Positions 54,233 through 57,474 of a stretch of DNA of 57,474 nucleotides are shown here, in pieces (positions within the stretch are counted from its first letter, which is position 1; each line of letters opens with the position of its first letter). Source of the stretch: Candidatus Omnitrophota bacterium. GTDB lineage: Bacteria; Omnitrophota; Gorgyraeia; JABMRJ01. The notes beneath the pieces were generated by a model. It did not search any database and was not told the DNA's origin. It was given only the letters and a program-made list of their open reading frames with translations. Position numbers and translations under genes: made by a program. The stretch spans positions 1 to 57,474 of the forward strand of contig JABMRJ010000030.1 in the NCBI GenBank assembly GCA_013202745.1, given 5' to 3'.

Positions 54233-55012
54233 TTATATCGGCTGCTTGTCTTCTCTTAGGGATTTTAAATACCCTTCGCCCTGCATAATATGCCTGTTTA
54301 GATCCTCCAAGTGCGCATTATGCCCGAGAAACCTTAGGACATCTTCCATATTAAAACCTGGATTTTTAATATACAGTGATTCCAAAATAGACTTTATAAG
54401 TTCGAAGTCTTCGCTTTTATCCAGAGTCCACCTCTTGCTGCTAAGATTTATTTCGTTTTTCAAATTTACCAATTTAAATATATCCCCTCTCTTTCTGATG
54501 TATGGTGTGACATGCTCCCTCTCAGAAAGCAAATCTGCGTTATTCCACGCATGCTCCAGGGCCCCAAAAGTAAATACCTCCACATCGAGCCCGTCCGGAA
54601 AAGTCCTATCCAGGATATTTGAGCAATAATCTGCATGAGACTCAAAATAGAGGCTTACCGTCTTATTGATTATGCCAGGATCCATTAAGGGGCAATCGGC
54701 GCATATCCTTATTATATGCTGCATCTTATAGAGTTTCGCAGCCTGGTAAAACCTATCCAGGACGTCTTTTTCAGACCCGCGAAATACCTTTACCCCTAAA
54801 CTCTCCGCCAGGTTAACTATTCTTAAGTCTTCGCCCTTCATTGAAGTGGCGATTGCAATGTCACTTACACTTTTAGCGTTTTTTATGCGCTGGACTATAT
54901 ATTCCAGGATAGGTTTTCCAAGAACTTCAAGCAAGACCTTTCCCAGCAATCTTGTAGAACCAAGGCGTGCCTGTATGATAACGTCTGCTTTCTTCATATC
55001 TTCCAATTGCAA
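54233..55012 (-). CDS. SpsF-type cytidylyltransferase (candidate CMP-pseudaminic acid synthetase)
   Basis: ..ADVIIQARLGSTRLLGKVLLEVLGKPILEYIVQR..IAIATS.. Confidence 0.7.
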   Translation of the reverse strand: MQLEDMKKADVIIQARLGSTRLLGKVLLEVLGKPILEYIVQRIKNAKSVSDIAIATSMKGEDLRIVNLAESLGVKVFRGSEKDVLDRFYQAAKLYKMQHIIRICADCPLMDPGIINKTVSLYFESHADYCSNILDRTFPDGLDVEVFTFGALEHAWNNADLLSEREHVTPYIRKRGDIFKLVNLKNEINLSSKRWTLDKSEDFELIKSILESLYIKNPGFNMEDVLRFLGHNAHLEDLNRHIMQGEGYLKSLREDKQPI

Positions 55013-55884
55013 GGAAGGATTACTTCCTCATCATGAAATTTAATCGATTCTAAAAGACCGTGCATATCTTTAACTTCGTCCATATACTCTAAAGATGCTA
55101 TATTCTCTTTAAGCTGTTCCAGGGAATCTACTCCGATTATCACTTTGTCTATAGAAGAATTCAGCATGGCAAAACATATGCATAGAGCCTGAATCGGTAT
55201 TCTGCTCTCCCTAGATATATTGCGCAATTTTTCCATAGAATCCATTGCCGGCTGAAAATTCTTCTCTATTGCATCCATATCTATAAAAAACAGTCCCTGC
55301 AAAAAGATTGAGCGGGTATGCACCTCTATGCCCTTTTCCTTAAGTTTAGGCATCTTTTCTTTAAATCTCTGATCAAAGAGATTGTAAGGGATCTGGATAA
55401 TATCGAATGATATTCTGTTATCTAATAAATAATTGAGATCTTCCACCCTGTTTATAGAGAAACCTATCTTTTCAATAACCCCCTTCTCCTTCATTGATTC
55501 AAGGGCGCTCCACAAGCCCTCTTTATAGGCAGCAATATCGCTGGACTTATGCACCAGATAGCCGTAGATCTTATTGCGCCTGAGCCTATCCAGCGTCTCT
55601 AGACAAATCGATTCTATGCCTGCAATGCCATTGTCGCCGAGTTGCGGTAATTTGGATATAATGTTGAAGCTTAACCCTGATCCTGATATAAAATCCCCTA
55701 TGGTCTTTTCGCTTTCTCCGTAAGAATGGGCTGTATCCAGAGTATCGATACCTGAGTTATGCGCAAATTCTAAAATTTGGAATACCTCATTTCTGGCAAT
55801 TTTGCCGTTTACATTTGCAATACCGTAATCGAAGCCGAATTGCGCAGTCCCCAAACAGAGTTTTTTTGTAATAACGTCTTTCAT
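54994..55884 (-). CDS. Aldo/keto reductase family oxidoreductase
   Basis: ..KLCLGTAQFGFDYGIAN.., ..GIDTLDTAHSYGESE.., ..IQIPYNLFDQR.. Confidence 0.85.
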   Translation of the reverse strand: MKDVITKKLCLGTAQFGFDYGIANVNGKIARNEVFQILEFAHNSGIDTLDTAHSYGESEKTIGDFISGSGLSFNIISKLPQLGDNGIAGIESICLETLDRLRRNKIYGYLVHKSSDIAAYKEGLWSALESMKEKGVIEKIGFSINRVEDLNYLLDNRISFDIIQIPYNLFDQRFKEKMPKLKEKGIEVHTRSIFLQGLFFIDMDAIEKNFQPAMDSMEKLRNISRESRIPIQALCICFAMLNSSIDKVIIGVDSLEQLKENIASLEYMDEVKDMHGLLESIKFHDEEVILPCNWKI

Positions 55885-57029
55885 TATTGAAAAAATTCCC
55901 TCACTCTTTTTATAACTTTAGATTGATCACGCCTTGATAACCCTACGTATAATGGCAAGCTTAGGCATTCTGCAGAATATCTTTCTGATACTAAAAAATC
56001 GCCGCGCCTATACCCGAGTAAATTGCGGTAGTATGACAAAAGGTGCAAAGGTATATAATTTACCTGTGTGGAGATGTTATTTTCTTTAAGATAGCTGTAC
56101 AGCTTATCACGGCGGCCTCTTTGCATTCTAATCACATAAAGATGGTAAGAAGCGTTTGTTCCTTCTCTTTCATAAGGGAGCCTAATTCCTTCTACTTTCC
56201 GCAGGCTTTCATTATAATATCCGACTATTCTCCTTCTAATATTTATCATTTTATCTATCTTCTTTAATTGAGAAATGCCCAGAGCGCACTGGAAATCAGT
56301 AATGCGGTAATTAAACCCTACCTGGGGGATGTCATAAGACCACGGCTTCTTACTGCTTCTGACTATACCATGATGCCTCAATCTTAATGCCGATTTATAA
56401 ATCTTCTTGTCGTTTGTAAGGAGCGCCCCTCCTTCGCCCGTTGTTATCTGTTTTATAGGGTGGAAGCTGAATATGGTCGCTTTTGAATCTTCGCATCTGC
56501 CCACTTTAATCCATTTGTCTTTAAATTTATATGCTGCGCCCAATGCATGGGCAGCATCCTCAACTATGCTTATCCCGTATCTATCGCAGATCTTTTTCAT
56601 CTCGGCGATATCCGCTACCGTCCCCATAAAATGGACCGAAACTATAGCCTTTACCCCTTTCCTATTTGAAGGGACCTTTAGAAAACTCTTTAGCTTCTCT
56701 ATGTCTAGATGATAAGTCTTGTCGTCAATATCAACAAATAGGGGTCTGGCACCTACATATAGTGCGCAATTTGCGCTCGCTGAAAAGGTAATGGGTGATG
56801 TTATGATCTTATCCCCCTTACCTATACCGAGTGTCAGCAATGAAAGGTGCAATGCCGCTGTTCCGCTAGATAGAGCAACGCTATACTTTGCGCTCGTGTA
56901 CTCACAGAGCGCGGCCTCAAACTCGCCAATCTTGGGTCCTTGTGTAATCCAGTCTGATTTAAGGACCTTGACCACCTCATCGATATCATTACCGTCTATA
57001 TATTGACAGCTATATAGAAGAGACTTCAT
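55884..57029 (-). CDS. pseC: UDP-4-amino-4,6-dideoxy-N-acetyl-beta-L-altrosamine transaminase (PseC-like DegT aminotransferase)
   Basis: ..YSCQYIDGNDIDEVVKVLKSDWITQGPKIGEFE.., ..IVEDAAHALGA.., ..FSFHPIKQITTGEGG.. Confidence 0.85.
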   Translation of the reverse strand: MKSLLYSCQYIDGNDIDEVVKVLKSDWITQGPKIGEFEAALCEYTSAKYSVALSSGTAALHLSLLTLGIGKGDKIITSPITFSASANCALYVGARPLFVDIDDKTYHLDIEKLKSFLKVPSNRKGVKAIVSVHFMGTVADIAEMKKICDRYGISIVEDAAHALGAAYKFKDKWIKVGRCEDSKATIFSFHPIKQITTGEGGALLTNDKKIYKSALRLRHHGIVRSSKKPWSYDIPQVGFNYRITDFQCALGISQLKKIDKMINIRRRIVGYYNESLRKVEGIRLPYEREGTNASYHLYVIRMQRGRRDKLYSYLKENNISTQVNYIPLHLLSYYRNLLGYRRGDFLVSERYSAECLSLPLYVGLSRRDQSKVIKRVREFFQ

Positions 57030-57474
57030 TGCCGGTCTTGACCTCCATGTCGAAACCCCCGATCATGTTCCTCAACTGTTCCTCATTAAGCCATAGATCG
57101 TTGCTATCACTCCTAAAGGCACGTCCGTCCGGAATGTTTGGGCAATCCATATATTTCTTGTAGAGCCTCTTTCTTTCAAAAAATTGCGGCAGGATTACAT
57201 ATATGCCGTCTACTACCTTCGTGTTCCTCGTCTCGTCTTCTGATATCAAGGTTTCGTGGAGCTTTTCGCCGGGCCTTATGCCCACTATCTCTATCTTGCA
57301 GTCAGGTATTATGGCCCTGGCTACATCTTCCATCTTCATTGATGGTACCTTTGGCACCAGTATCTCTCCTCCTTCTGCCCATTCTAAAGATTTCATGACA
57401 AGATCAACGCTCTCTTCTAATGTCATCCAGAACCTTGTCATTCTTCCATCTGTGAGCGGAACCGTCTTTGCACC
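57010..57474 (-). CDS. pseB: UDP-N-acetylglucosamine 4,6-dehydratase (inverting), PseB/FlaA1-like; partial, N-terminus beyond the right window edge
   Basis: The C-terminal region ..MTRFWMTLEESVDLVMKSLEWAEGGEILVPKVPSMKMEDVARAI..GIRPGEKLHETLISEDE.. is the typical PseB tail. The frame stays open to nt 57474, so the listed Met at 57441 is internal. Confidence 0.85.
   Translation of the reverse strand, partial: GAKTVPLTDGRMTRFWMTLEESVDLVMKSLEWAEGGEILVPKVPSMKMEDVARAIIPDCKIEIVGIRPGEKLHETLISEDETRNTKVVDGIYVILPQFFERKRLYKKYMDCPNIPDGRAFRSDSNDLWLNEEQLRNMIGGFDMEVKTGNEVSSI

Noticed and set aside
1-57474. Mobile elements, CRISPR arrays, tRNA/rRNA genes, phage genes or a defence island.
   Set aside because: No transposase, integrase or recombinase-like ORF appears. 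I noticed no direct-repeat/spacer array. With one 170-nt exception the non-coding gaps are too short (55 nt or less) for a tRNA or other structured RNA gene. Every ORF of meaningful size has a glycan-biosynthesis-type signature or is a membrane or orphan protein embedded in that context.
1-57474. Alternative genetic code (stop-codon reassignment), as seen in some uncultivated lineages with similar AT-rich, Lys/Ile-rich proteins.
   Set aside because: ORFs have the expected family lengths under the standard code. All three stop codons are seen terminating genes at sensible positions: TGA at 31311-31313 and 13939-13941, TAA at 38555-38557 and 19744-19746, and TAG at 928-930.

Overview
The window is one almost gap-free glycan biosynthesis super-cluster on the minus strand. 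It holds 53 co-directional CDSs, two of them cut by the window edges. By the ORF coordinates only about 380 nt of 57.5 kb is non-coding, and only one gap exceeds 60 bp (19574-19743). Many neighbours share start/stop overlaps (ATGA, TAATG).

Right part (about 32.1-57.5 kb): two nonulosonic-acid (sialic-acid-like, NulO) pathways sit side by side.
- A pseudaminic-type set: PseB (partial), PseC, an aldo/keto reductase, an SpsF-type cytidylyltransferase, PseG, an ATP-grasp protein and a NeuB-like synthase.
- A legionaminic-type set: LegB-like dehydratase, LegC-like aminotransferase, NeuB-like synthase, NeuC/LegG-like hydrolysing 2-epimerase, a CBS-nucleotidyltransferase and a NeuA-like cytidylyltransferase.
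- Tailoring genes surround them: four formyltransferase-fold domains (one fused to a NodU/CmcH carbamoyltransferase), PIG-L deacetylases, a WbuX/HisH/HisF-type acetamidino trio, GNATs, a B12-radical SAM enzyme and a LarA-like (nickel-pincer racemase family) protein.

Middle part (19.7-32 kb): an MsbA/PglK-like ABC half-transporter, a formyltransferase, a Gfo/Idh/MocA oxidoreductase, a GT4, an AsnB-like amidotransferase without the N-terminal Cys, a third PIG-L deacetylase, a GNAT, a FemAB-like protein, a KpsS/Capsule_synth-like protein and a CDP-alcohol phosphatidyltransferase.

Left part (1-19.6 kb): assembly and decoration genes. These are GT2, GT4 x2, three polytopic GT-C-like membrane proteins, a Wzy_C (O-antigen ligase/polymerase) protein, two FkbM and one class I methyltransferase, an SGNH hydrolase, two radical SAM/SPASM enzymes, a second B12-radical SAM enzyme, and a pair of transglutaminase-like proteins (one with an intact Cys-His-Asp set plus TPR, one degenerate).

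I saw no rRNA, tRNA, CRISPR array, transposase or integrase. The standard genetic code fits, since TGA, TAA and TAG all act as stops.

The best candidates for undescribed biology are the LarA-like plus B12-radical SAM pair next to the NulO synthase, the formyltransferase-carbamoyltransferase fusion sitting where LegH normally lies, the duplicated PIG-L plus Asn-less Fmt-like cassette, and the radical SAM/SPASM-rich decoration block. All functional calls rest on motif recognition by eye. No database search was possible.
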